A stretch of 64,000 bases of DNA from NCBI GenBank assembly GCA_963774955.1, contig CAVZGV010000006.1, positions 8,354-72,353 of the forward strand. The letters are read 5' to 3'. Numbering within the stretch: the stretch's first letter is position 1; each line of letters begins with the position of its first letter. The position numbers and the translations under genes were made by a program. This document shows positions 43,331-52,914 of this stretch, piece by piece. This DNA comes from Candidatus Falkowbacteria bacterium (GTDB taxonomy: Bacteria; Patescibacteriota; Patescibacteriia; CAIXNZ01). Below the pieces are notes generated by a model. It had not been told where the DNA came from and searched no databases. It saw only the letters and a list, made by a program, of their open reading frames with translations.

Positions 43331-44452
43331 TTAGTAACTACTTTCTTCTTCATCCTTTCTTGCTTTGCGCACACCGGCCATAAGATAATCGCCATTGACT
43401 CCCCTAGCAACAGCATCTTTATCTGCGCCTTGTTTTAAAAATTTTTTTCTCATTTGCCAGGCCCGCTCTGAATCCAGTCCGGCTAAACCTCTAGCAATAT
43501 AATCTATACTTGTAAATTCCCATAATAATTTTTGCCTCATTTGCCAGGCTTGCTCGGAATCCAATCCGGCTAAGCCTAGAGCAACATAATAACTTATATC
43601 TGGGACGTCTTGCTCTAATAATTCTTTCCTCATTTGCCAGGCTTGCTCGGAATCCAATCCGGCTAAGCCTGAAGCAATACCTTCACCTGCATCTTTCTCT
43701 AAAAATTCGTTTCTCATTTGCCAGGCTTGTTCTGAATCCAATCCGGCTAAACCCTCAGCAACAGCATCTTTATCTGCGCCTTGTTCTAATAACTCTTTTC
43801 TCATTTGCCAGGCTTGCTCTGAATCCAATCCGGCTAAGCCTCTAGCAACATATTCTTTTCTTGCGCCTTGTTTTAATAACTCTTTTCTCATTTGCCAGGC
43901 TCGCTCGGAATCCAGTCCGGCTAAACCTTGAGCAACATAACCTTTTGTTGTGCCTTGTTCTAATAATTCATTTCTCATTTGCCAGGCCTGTTCTGAATCC
44001 AGTCCGGCTAAGCCTAGAGCAACAGCATCTTTATCTGCATCTGCGCCTTGTTCTAATAACTCTTTTCTCATTTTCCAGGCTTGCTCGGAATCCAGTCCGG
44101 CTAAGCCTTGAGCAACATATTCTTTTCTTGCGCCTTGTTTTAATAACTCTTTAAAATAATCAAGGGGCTTAGCCTCTAATTTTTCTTTTTCAATTCTTAA
44201 TTTAATATCTTCTTTTTCTTTTTCAATTCTTAATTTAATATCTTCCAAATATTTTAATAATTGGTTATAAACATTCAGGGCTTTAGACAATTGCTTTGAA
44301 TTTTCGTAACTTGTGGCCTGATCAATCATGGCCATCATTTTTTCATGCTGTTCCGGCGTCAGATTCATCTCTTTCACCCGACGCAAAGACTGCCTGGCCA
44401 TGTTCAGGGATTGCGATTCAGAATCTCCGCTAGGTAAATTTTTATTCTTCAT
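43331..44452 (-). CDS. Array member 6: shared N-module plus 8 near-identical 28-31-aa GLAGLDSEQAWQMR repeats
   Basis: Tandem ~87-bp DNA repeats at about 43400-44150. Confidence 0.9.
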   Translation of the reverse strand: MKNKNLPSGDSESQSLNMARQSLRRVKEMNLTPEQHEKMMAMIDQATSYENSKQLSKALNVYNQLLKYLEDIKLRIEKEKEDIKLRIEKEKLEAKPLDYFKELLKQGARKEYVAQGLAGLDSEQAWKMRKELLEQGADADKDAVALGLAGLDSEQAWQMRNELLEQGTTKGYVAQGLAGLDSERAWQMRKELLKQGARKEYVARGLAGLDSEQAWQMRKELLEQGADKDAVAEGLAGLDSEQAWQMRNEFLEKDAGEGIASGLAGLDSEQAWQMRKELLEQDVPDISYYVALGLAGLDSEQAWQMRQKLLWEFTSIDYIARGLAGLDSERAWQMRKKFLKQGADKDAVARGVNGDYLMAGVRKARKDEEESSY

Positions 44453-44461
44453 ATAAAATCA

Positions 44462-45196
44462 TTATTTAATAGTCCACATATCTGAATCCTCATTGTAATC
44501 AGCAAAGCCATTCATGGTCGTATCCATTGGATTCTTAAAATCAATATGAAATTCCGTTATTTCTGTTTTAATTATTCGTTCAGGAAATTTTTTACTTGCC
44601 TGTTTCACGCTGAAAGCGTAATTAAATTCCGGGCTTCCCACCACGGAAAAATTCAGGTTCATTATTCTGCCGTTTTCATCAACCTGTATCTTTTCAAGCA
44701 TAAAATTATACAGGGGCAAATCTACAACCTCTGCTATAAATTCATGAATTTCATCAATGGAAAATTTATGTTTGGAAATTATTTCATTATTTTCATTTAT
44801 TACCTTTTCCACCGCGCGTTTTCCTTCAATAAGTTCTTTCTGTTTTTCAAGTTCGGCGCGCATTTTTTCTCTGACTTTGGGGATTACACCGGTATTTGTC
44901 TCGTTTTTTTCTATAGCTTCCTCAATTTTTTGCAGCTGCCGCCTGATTATTTCCGGCGATACCGGAGATCCCTCACTCTTAATAATTTTTAAAAACCTTA
45001 AAAGCTTGTTATAAGCATTCAGTGCCTTGGAAAGTTCTTTGTTTTTTTCATATTCTTTAGCTTCGTCAATAATCGCCATGATCTGTTCTTTCTGTTCAGG
45101 CGTCAAATCTAAGTCCTTCACCCGGCCCAAAGACTGCCTGGCCATGTTCAGGGACTGAGTATCGTTCCCTTTTAGTTGTTCACTTAATTTTGACAT
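44462..45196 (-). CDS. Array member 7: shared N-module plus type A domain
   Basis: LNMARQSLGRVKDLDLTPEQ; DENGRIMNL.F..VGSPE. Confidence 0.85.
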   Translation of the reverse strand: MSKLSEQLKGNDTQSLNMARQSLGRVKDLDLTPEQKEQIMAIIDEAKEYEKNKELSKALNAYNKLLRFLKIIKSEGSPVSPEIIRRQLQKIEEAIEKNETNTGVIPKVREKMRAELEKQKELIEGKRAVEKVINENNEIISKHKFSIDEIHEFIAEVVDLPLYNFMLEKIQVDENGRIMNLNFSVVGSPEFNYAFSVKQASKKFPERIIKTEITEFHIDFKNPMDTTMNGFADYNEDSDMWTIK

Positions 45197-45201
45197 ATAT
45201 T

Positions 45202-46365
45202 TTAACTTTTTTCTTTATTGATTACTTTACATCCTTTGGGCAATTTAAGGGCTGCCCTTTTTATCTGTAACCAGCTTAAATTATTGCCAAAACAGACCAA
45301 GCGCTGCAATTTTTTATTTGCGCTTAAATCAGGCAGTTCATCTAATAAATTTTTTGACAAATCAAGTTCCTGCAAATTTACCAGCTGGCTTAAATCGGGT
45401 TTTTCTGTCATAGTATTTTTACTCCATAATAATATCTCGAGTTTTTTCAGATGACTAAAATCCGGAAGCTTAACTAAATGGCAGCCCCGGCAGGAAAGGA
45501 ACTTCAAATTATCCAAACCGGTAAAATCCGGAGAGAAAAGCTTAAGCTCATCGCAGGTCAATTCCTCTAGCTTTGACAAGGTCCTTAAATCAGGGAATTT
45601 GTTGGCTACGCATTCGCTAATATCCAATTTTCTAAGACTTGTTAATTTGGTCAGATCAGGAACTTCAGTATCTCTGCAGGAAAATTGTTCCAGATCCCGC
45701 AAGGCACTGATATCAGGGGTGTCCTTAAATCTGGTGCCATCTAAATTCAAATTTTTTAATTTTTTTAAATTACTAAAATTAATGGGTTCATAGTCCCAAA
45801 AATTATGTGACAGATCCAACTCCTGCAGCTCCTTCAACTCGCTTAAATCGGGAAACTTTAAAAAAAGGTTACGGGTCGAACCGTCTGTAAAAAAATTCAC
45901 CCATTTTATATTTTCCCCGTCATTTTCCGGATTATACAAAGATAATTTAAACTTCACAATATTGCCATTTTGAACTTTAATGTTGTTCTTGATCAAGCCC
46001 CTTATTTCCTCTACATCTTTTTTGTCACCGACAGCTTCAAACAAATCCTCCAAATATCTTTCATACGCTAATAATACTTCCGCCTGTTTGCTTTTTATTT
46101 CAAAACCTTCATAGTTTATAATATCTTTACCTTCCTTAAGCTCTCCTTCTTTTTGCTTTAAAAATTTCATGAGTTTATGATAGACATTCAAAGCCTTGGC
46201 TAAATCCTTATTATCCTCATGCGCTTTAGCCTCCTCAATGAAATTCATTACTTCCGTTTTCTGCTCCGGCGTCAGATCCATTTCCTTAACCCGACCCAAA
46301 GTCTGCCTGGCCATGGCCAGGGCTTGTATTTCCGTGCCTTTAATAGTTTCAGAGTTATTTTTCAT
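45202..46365 (-). CDS. Array member 8: shared N-module plus leucine-rich repeats
   Basis: N-module; PDLSxLxxLxxLDLSxN repeats. Confidence 0.9.
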   Translation of the reverse strand: MKNNSETIKGTEIQALAMARQTLGRVKEMDLTPEQKTEVMNFIEEAKAHEDNKDLAKALNVYHKLMKFLKQKEGELKEGKDIINYEGFEIKSKQAEVLLAYERYLEDLFEAVGDKKDVEEIRGLIKNNIKVQNGNIVKFKLSLYNPENDGENIKWVNFFTDGSTRNLFLKFPDLSELKELQELDLSHNFWDYEPINFSNLKKLKNLNLDGTRFKDTPDISALRDLEQFSCRDTEVPDLTKLTSLRKLDISECVANKFPDLRTLSKLEELTCDELKLFSPDFTGLDNLKFLSCRGCHLVKLPDFSHLKKLEILLWSKNTMTEKPDLSQLVNLQELDLSKNLLDELPDLSANKKLQRLVCFGNNLSWLQIKRAALKLPKGCKVINKEKS

Positions 46366-46380
46366 TAAATAAAATATAAT

Positions 46381-47136
46381 TTATTTAAAATCCAGTTCTA
46401 AAGGGACAGCTTGACCAAAATCTATCTTAGAACCAAACCATTGTTTATTGCTCGCATTCCATTTCGCGACTGACCGTTTAATATTTGATTCTCTAAATTT
46501 ATCATCTAACTGTGATCTAAATATATTGTATGCAGATTCACCGAATCTGAAGGGATGATAATAAACGACAAAAACTACGGAGGGATCAGCCGCAATACCG
46601 ATATACAGCTGTACAATCTCATTTTTTTGATTAACCATGCCGTTATAGACAAAAAGATTTTCCGGACGAATATTTTCAGCAGCGCAAACTATTTTCATAA
46701 ATTGATCGGCTGTAAAAAACTTACTACCGATTAAATAGTCTTCATTCTTATCCACTGCATACTTTTCATCTTCTGTCCGTTCCAAAGCGACTAGCTGTTT
46801 TTCCAGGGCTTCTATATATGCTTTTTTATTTCCTATTCTAGATGTAGATATTTCATTAATTTTATTTTTTACCATTTCTGTTTGCCTTTCCTTCAATTTA
46901 TCCTTATCCGCAAAAACATTAACACTCTTAAGATACTCAGAAAGATTAAGGTAAATGTTCAAAGCTTTTGACTTATTCCCTACAGTTTCTGCGTCCTTTG
47001 CCTCGTCAATCATAGCCATAACTTTTTTGTGCTGTTCCGGCGTCAGATCCATTTCCTTAACCCGACCCAAAGCCTGCCTGGCCATTTTTAGTGACTGGGC
47101 TTCTGAAATTTCAGATTTTTCAATTCCTTTGTTCAT
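46381..47136 (-). CDS. Array member 9: shared N-module plus type A domain
   Basis: LKMARQALGRVKEMDLTPEQ; ENLFVY...L.IG..DP...VAKWN...W. Confidence 0.85.
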   Translation of the reverse strand: MNKGIEKSEISEAQSLKMARQALGRVKEMDLTPEQHKKVMAMIDEAKDAETVGNKSKALNIYLNLSEYLKSVNVFADKDKLKERQTEMVKNKINEISTSRIGNKKAYIEALEKQLVALERTEDEKYAVDKNEDYLIGSKFFTADQFMKIVCAAENIRPENLFVYNGMVNQKNEIVQLYIGIAADPSVVFVVYYHPFRFGESAYNIFRSQLDDKFRESNIKRSVAKWNASNKQWFGSKIDFGQAVPLELDFK

Positions 47137-47160
47137 AAAAATAATTTCGATACAAACGTG

Positions 47161-48765
47161 CTATTTTTCAACTTGGATCACTTCTCTTACATAGCTATTA
47201 TCCCGCTTGGCAATGAGATAGACGCGCTTATCATCACCGGCTACGGCGTTGAAATGATAGATTGTTTCATATTTCTGGCTGATTCTTTGGCCTTGGACAT
47301 TAACCATAAAAAACTGGCCGTCATTTTCAACCTTAAAAAACATTCGTCCGTTTATCTTTTCGGGGATATATACCTTATCATATTGAGCCCCAATTCTTTG
47401 GCCTTGATCATTAATTAACATTGATTTGCCCTCTGACCTGGCAATAAAAAAAAGTTTATTGCCAATATCTGTCAGTGAACTAACATCATCATATAGCGCA
47501 CCGACTCTTTGGCCTTGGTCATTGACTACAAACCACTTACCATTTATCTTGGCCTTGAAAACTATTTTACCGCTAATATCCTGAGGGTAGCCTGTATCAT
47601 CATACTCCTCACCGACTTTTTGCCCCTGATCATTGATAATAAAACACCTACCCTTATCCTGAACCTTAAAAGCCATTTTACCGCCAATATCCACAGGAGG
47701 GTTTACGTACTCATATTCACCGCCGACTCTTTGGCCTTGATCATTGACTACAAAATTTTTATTACCTGTTTTGGCTGTAAAAGCTATTTTACCGCCAATA
47801 CCCACCAAATAATCTACCTTATCATAAATACCTCCGACTTTTTGTCCTTGGTCATTGACGATAAACCACTTGCCGTCTTTCTTGGCTCTAAACGCAAGTT
47901 TGCCACCGATATCTTGGGGGTCGTCTATGTCTTCATATTCATCGCCCACCCGTTGCTCCTGGTCATTGATAACAAACCACTTATCATTTTTTTTAGCTTT
48001 AAAGGCCAGCTTGCCGCTGATATTTTTAGGCTCACCTACTTTATCATATCTGGCGCCAAATGTTTGACCTTGTTCATTGATTATAACCTGAGTTTCCTTC
48101 TTTCTAACCTGTTTGCTCGCCCTAAAAAATATTTTTCCCTCAATATATTCCAAACTGTCCACATAATCATATTTATGACCGATCCTTTGTCCTTGGTCAT
48201 TGACTATAAACCATTCACCATCACTTTCAGCGCTGAAAGCAAATTTATCACCATCCTGACAGATATCCTCTATGTCGTCATATTTATCTCCAACCTGTTC
48301 GCCCATATCATTAACGATTAGCCACTTGCCGTCTTTTTTGGCTTTAAAAACTATCTTACCGTTAATATTTTGAATTTTGTTATCGTCTACATCTTCATAA
48401 TCTCCTCCGATTTTTTCTCCTTTTTCATTGACTACAAAAATTTTATCTTCTTCCTTGGCCTTAAAAAATATTTTAGCGTTGATATCCTGAGGATTCCAAA
48501 CAGAATCAAAGGAACTTAAATCCACCCCAAATTCCTTAATCTTTTCATTAATTTTCTGCAAAAATCTTACCAGACGCTGATAGACTTTAAAGGCTTGCAA
48601 CTTTTTCTCTAAAATTTCATATTCACTAGCCTCATTAAGCATAGTCATCATTTTTTCTTTTTCTTCAGACGTTAAAGCCATCTCCCTGGTGCGCCCCAAA
48701 GCAGCCCTGGCCATTTCTAGGGACTGATTTTCAGAATTATTCAATTGTGATATTTCTTTTGACAT
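47161..48765 (-). CDS. Array member 10: shared N-module plus ~11 x 37-aa WG-like beta repeats (start re-called at MSKEISQ)
   Basis: LEMARAALGRTREMALTSEE; GGKxAFKAKxDGKWFIVNDQGQRVGxxYD repeats. Confidence 0.88.
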   Translation of the reverse strand: MSKEISQLNNSENQSLEMARAALGRTREMALTSEEKEKMMTMLNEASEYEILEKKLQAFKVYQRLVRFLQKINEKIKEFGVDLSSFDSVWNPQDINAKIFFKAKEEDKIFVVNEKGEKIGGDYEDVDDNKIQNINGKIVFKAKKDGKWLIVNDMGEQVGDKYDDIEDICQDGDKFAFSAESDGEWFIVNDQGQRIGHKYDYVDSLEYIEGKIFFRASKQVRKKETQVIINEQGQTFGARYDKVGEPKNISGKLAFKAKKNDKWFVINDQEQRVGDEYEDIDDPQDIGGKLAFRAKKDGKWFIVNDQGQKVGGIYDKVDYLVGIGGKIAFTAKTGNKNFVVNDQGQRVGGEYEYVNPPVDIGGKMAFKVQDKGRCFIINDQGQKVGEEYDDTGYPQDISGKIVFKAKINGKWFVVNDQGQRVGALYDDVSSLTDIGNKLFFIARSEGKSMLINDQGQRIGAQYDKVYIPEKINGRMFFKVENDGQFFMVNVQGQRISQKYETIYHFNAVAGDDKRVYLIAKRDNSYVREVIQVEK

Positions 48766-48775
48766 ATTTAATTTT

Positions 48776-48865
48776 GGGCGAAAACGGCTGACGGCAAGGA
48801 CCTCTATATGTAGAGACGCGCTGCAGCACGTCTCTACCGTCCGCAAACAACAGCCGTTTTCGCCC
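48776..48865. repeat. GGGCGAAAACG/CGTTTTCGCCC hairpin, copy 1, enclosing GTAGAGACG...CGTCTCTAC
   Basis: 15-bp perfect outer stem; inner GTAG-type palindrome. Confidence 0.85.
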
Positions 48866-48884
48866 TAGCAATTACTCTTCATTT

Positions 48885-50218
48885 TTATTCATTTATTAAC
48901 CTTTCGACATTTTCCACCACCCGGTAATATTTCCCGTTTTCAAAACAAATATACATAATTTTCTTGCCGTCAGGACTCCAGGCAACCGTATCAATCTGGA
49001 CATTTTTACCGACTGCCTCTCGGTCATTTATAAAAATCGTCCAGCTCCAAACCTGGTCCTGCACCACTGCGGCAATATTATTGCCGTCAGGACTGTATAA
49101 TATCCTTTCAATGTCAGTAAATTCATTTTCCCAAATCCGACGCCCATTTTCCACGAGAGTATAAGCTTCATCTCCTTTTTTGATCATCGCCGCAATGGCA
49201 ATTCTTTTACTGTCAGGACTATAAACCGGACCGCACTTGCAATCTTCGTAATAATCTACCCAAATCAGCTTATCATTTTCAGCCACGCTATAGCCTTTTG
49301 CATCGTCCAAATAAACAATAGCCACCTTTTTACTATCGGGACTGAATACCGGATAATTACACTCAAAAAAATGATGATCCCATTTTTTACCGTTCACGAT
49401 AATCCCAAAATCATCCGCATCAATCACGCCGCAGGCAAATTGCTGATTATCAGGGCTTAGGGTCGGCCTTTGATAATAATCCGTATCTGACTCTAAAATT
49501 ATTTCCTGATCTTTAATTATTACATCCTTAACAGTCTTATAAACAGGGGATTCATTTCCGTCTTCGTCTTTTTCCATATGATCAATGGCTTTATTTTCTC
49601 CTTTGGCAATGACAGATTTGGCATTGGGTGAAAAAAAGGCCTCCATTTCATCATAATTTTGCGGCCAAATTTCACTATTAACAGCTAGTCCCGCTTTACC
49701 CTGCACAGTCTGAAATCCCACCAAGATAGACTGGCCGTCAGGGCTTATTCTTCGGCTATCGTAATTAATATGAGGAAAATTTCTATTCCACAATGTCTTT
49801 TCATCCTTAACCAAAATTTCACCCGCAGGTCCCTTTACTTTAAAAAGATAATTTTCACCGTCAAGAGAAAATTCAGGAGATTCAATATTTTCCTGGCCGT
49901 GCATTTCTTTCAATTCATGCCAATCAATAATCAAACGCTTGCCTACTTCCCAGTCCCACCGTTCTTTCCAGCGTTCGGCTAAGGGTATTTTTAAATTAGC
50001 CTTGATGGATTCTAAGAATTCCAAAAGTTCCCTGTAAACTTTCAGGGCTTTGACTTTATTTTTTGCAGTTTCAAATTCTCTGGCTTCATCAATCAGATGC
50101 ATCATCAGTTCTTTTTCCTCAGCAGTCATTTCCAACTGATTTATCTGATGCAGACGCTGCCGCGCCATGGCCATAAACTGCTCGTCAGGACTTTGGGGTT
50201 GTGGTTTTTCTTTAACAT
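48885..50218 (-). CDS. Array member 11: divergent N-module plus SPD-repeat (TolB/PD40-like) beta-propeller; apparent 1-nt loss right after ATG 50218, next in-frame ATG at 50174
   Basis: (V)KEKPQPQSPDEQFMAMARQRL; repeated FSPD/YSPD/WSPD motifs. Confidence 0.8.
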
Positions 50219-50229
50219 ATTAATTCTTC

Positions 50230-50316
50230 GGGCGAAAACGCCCTGAAATATATTTCACGTAGGGGCGGGTCGCGACCCGCCCCTACGACTGCCGTAGGCA
50301 ACAGGCGTTTTCGCCC
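50230..50316. repeat. GGGCGAAAACG hairpin, copy 2, enclosing the perfect palindrome GTAGGGGCGGGTCGCGACCCGCCCCTAC
   Basis: Outer stem plus 28-bp palindrome at 50259-50286. Confidence 0.85.
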
Positions 50317-50341
50317 TACCACTACTTTAGACTTTATGGAC

Positions 50342-50791
50342 TTACAATCTTTCCACCGGTCCCACCAGGCTGAAGAAATTATTATAATTCAGCTTTTCCA
50401 ATTCCTTATCCGTAGAAACTATGATAATATTGCTTTCCTCCGGAATATCTAAAGTCACCCAGTCTTCCAATTTAGAAAATTGCATTCTTTTATCATGAGA
50501 AATCAGATACAATTGGTTATAAATCTTGGGATCAAGATATTCATGGAGCCTGATTATTGCCCATCTTTTATTTTTCATGGCTTCATACAGCCAGTCAATC
50601 TGAGTCTCCGCATCTTTATTCGGAGTTAATTCAAATGAGGTGACCATATTTAAATCAGGGGCCAGATTAGAAATGTCTGCTAAAGTCTCTTTTTTAACGA
50701 CTAAAAGGCCAATTTCCTTGGTCGCAGCCGGCTGTAACCTGCTGACTACTTCATAAAATTTTTTAATTTTTTCAATGTTTTTTGGAGTCAT
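50342..50791 (-). CDS. Hypothetical protein, possibly a degenerate AAA-like domain
   Basis: Directly downstream of the VWA gene; WAIIRL...LDPKIYNQL...NIIIVST pattern; no Walker A. Confidence 0.65.
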   Translation of the reverse strand: MTPKNIEKIKKFYEVVSRLQPAATKEIGLLVVKKETLADISNLAPDLNMVTSFELTPNKDAETQIDWLYEAMKNKRWAIIRLHEYLDPKIYNQLYLISHDKRMQFSKLEDWVTLDIPEESNIIIVSTDKELEKLNYNNFFSLVGPVERL

Positions 50792-50895
50792 AATGTTTCA
50801 TGATGTTATATTAGGTTTTATAAGGTTATATAAAGTTTATAAGTTGCTTTGTTGGAATTTGTAATAATCTGTATTTGATTTGTAGATTTGTATCA

Positions 50896-52914
50896 TCATT
50901 TTTTCTGAATTAAACCTTTAACCGTATCGCCAATTTGCTGAGCATAATCATCAATATTAATCGAAGGCAGGTTTTTTACCCGCGGCAAAGAATCATCATA
51001 AAACTCTTGGACATGGTCAGTACCCGGACCGATGCCTGTACCCAGCACATACTGTTCACCTTGTCTGGAAATATCTTTAATCACTTCTTTTAACTGTTCG
51101 TTCTTATCTAAATCCGCATATCTTTGAACATCAGTATCAGGTGCCGGAGCCGGCTGTCCGTCAGAAGTCACAATTAAAAACTGACTATCACCGCCTGCAG
51201 CCGCTAAAATCTGACTGGCTTCATCCACGCAATAAGCATCGCTGTTATGACCATTTTCATTATTGGCGCCGGGCCTGCTATTTTTGCCCGCAGCCTCATC
51301 TTTCATGCCGCTCATTCTTTCTCTGACAGCGTCATCCATTTTATCATCAAAATCTTTAAACTTTATCAGCTTATCCTGAAAACCGTAAATGGCCACTTTT
51401 AAATTAGGCAAAGTATTCCCGACCCGTTCCAGAGCCTCGGACAGTAAAACCGCGCTTTTGAAAGCCTCGGCGATTTTTTCACCATCCATGGACCCTGAAA
51501 GATCGATTAACAGTAAAAAAGTAAAAGACTCTCTTTCCAAGGTTTTTCTGGTTTCAAATAATTCCCTATATTCCTTGGTCGCGGCCCATTTCATAGCGCC
51601 TTTGAGGCGCAGACGCTGGCCCGGAAATCTGGTTTTAAATTTGGGAAATCGCTCCAAAATAAAAGCATTAATCAGATCATCAGCCACATCATCAATATAT
51701 TTGGCGACTGATTCATAAGCTTTGTCATATTCACTTTTTTGGGCTTCTAGTTTTTTCTCCAGATCTCTTAAAGTTTTTCTATTTTCCCTTTCTTTGGCCT
51801 TGTCTTCCTTTTTCTTTTCTTCATCCTCTTTCTCTTCCTTGGCTGATTTTTTTTGTTTCACAAAATGACCTTTCAGTTCCTTATTTAAATCATCTTCCAA
51901 CCCGTCCAGACTATCTTCAGCTGCTTTGGCAGCTTTTTCCTCCCATTTTTTCCTGTCTTCTTCTGACAGGCCATCCAGCCATTCCTTTAATTTCTTTTTC
52001 AACTGTTCGCGTAAATCTTCCGGTATTTGATCCAGTGGTAAAGGCTCACCGTTGGCACCTTGACCTTCTTCAGGTAAGTCAAAATTACTGTTTTCAATCA
52101 TGTCCTTGATCTTCTGCCGCATTTCCTCATCTTCAAAAGACTTGTCAATCAGCTGTTCATAAACCGGCCAGATAGTATTGTAAACAAGATTGTAAACTCT
52201 TTTGGCTTGTTCAACTATATCATCCTCCTTGGGATCTTTAATATCCGGCAAAGTCTCATAAGCCAGTTCCGCATACTGATTGGTTTCATCCAGGGCTTCC
52301 TGGACATCTTCAGGTAAATTTTCAGAAAATTTTTGATAAAACCAGTAACGGATAATTTCCAAACCATATTTAATATGTTTAGGCGTATAACCCAGCTTGT
52401 CTTTGGCTTTCATATCCAGATGGTCAACCGGCAAATCCTCCAGATAAACCTGATTCAACCATTCGCGGGCACCCTTGTATTTTTGCATGGCGAAATTATT
52501 AACCCGAGGATCTTCAACCGCATTCATCAGGAAAGAAAAGCCTGTAGTTTGCCAGACATTTTTGGGAATAAAATCCACCCGCGAAATATTACGGTGAGCA
52601 CCTTCATGGGCCAGTACACCCCAGCAATATTCCTTACTTTTTTCTACGATATCAACGGGATCAACCTCAATTTTATTATAAGGTTTGAAAATATAACGCC
52701 AGCCGCGTTCTTTGCCGACTTCAACTTTAACCCCAAAATCCTCGCCAATGACTTTACCCAAGGTAATTAACTCTTCCATTCTTTGTTTGACTTCGGCTGT
52801 CATTTCCGGCTTAGCTTCTGGCGGGACCGTCTGGCTAGATTGATTGGGATTTTCACTCTCTAAATGAAAAGATTGTTCCTTCATATATTTATCTTTATTT
52901 TTTCTTGGGTTCAC
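50896..52914 (-). CDS. HExxH-containing N-domain, charged linker and VWA domain (CobT/NorD/CbbO-like partner); start may be 52884
   Basis: HEGAH...NAVEDPRVN; MIDAS LLIDLSGSM; VTSDGQP. Confidence 0.85.
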   Translation of the reverse strand: MNPRKNKDKYMKEQSFHLESENPNQSSQTVPPEAKPEMTAEVKQRMEELITLGKVIGEDFGVKVEVGKERGWRYIFKPYNKIEVDPVDIVEKSKEYCWGVLAHEGAHRNISRVDFIPKNVWQTTGFSFLMNAVEDPRVNNFAMQKYKGAREWLNQVYLEDLPVDHLDMKAKDKLGYTPKHIKYGLEIIRYWFYQKFSENLPEDVQEALDETNQYAELAYETLPDIKDPKEDDIVEQAKRVYNLVYNTIWPVYEQLIDKSFEDEEMRQKIKDMIENSNFDLPEEGQGANGEPLPLDQIPEDLREQLKKKLKEWLDGLSEEDRKKWEEKAAKAAEDSLDGLEDDLNKELKGHFVKQKKSAKEEKEDEEKKKEDKAKERENRKTLRDLEKKLEAQKSEYDKAYESVAKYIDDVADDLINAFILERFPKFKTRFPGQRLRLKGAMKWAATKEYRELFETRKTLERESFTFLLLIDLSGSMDGEKIAEAFKSAVLLSEALERVGNTLPNLKVAIYGFQDKLIKFKDFDDKMDDAVRERMSGMKDEAAGKNSRPGANNENGHNSDAYCVDEASQILAAAGGDSQFLIVTSDGQPAPAPDTDVQRYADLDKNEQLKEVIKDISRQGEQYVLGTGIGPGTDHVQEFYDDSLPRVKNLPSINIDDYAQQIGDTVKGLIQKK

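Noticed and set aside
43400-44150. CRISPR-like regularly spaced repeats
   Set aside because: The units are in-frame coding repeats, the 'spacers' are homologous to each other, and no cas genes are present.
47509-48321. 270-aa plus-strand ORF and other antisense ORFs (e.g. 41351-41911, 14916-15452)
   Set aside because: Shadow frames opposite well-supported genes, with no independent motifs.
48766-48846. N-terminal extension of the 561-aa ORF
   Set aside because: It reads through the hairpin element; the family-consistent start is ATG at 48765.
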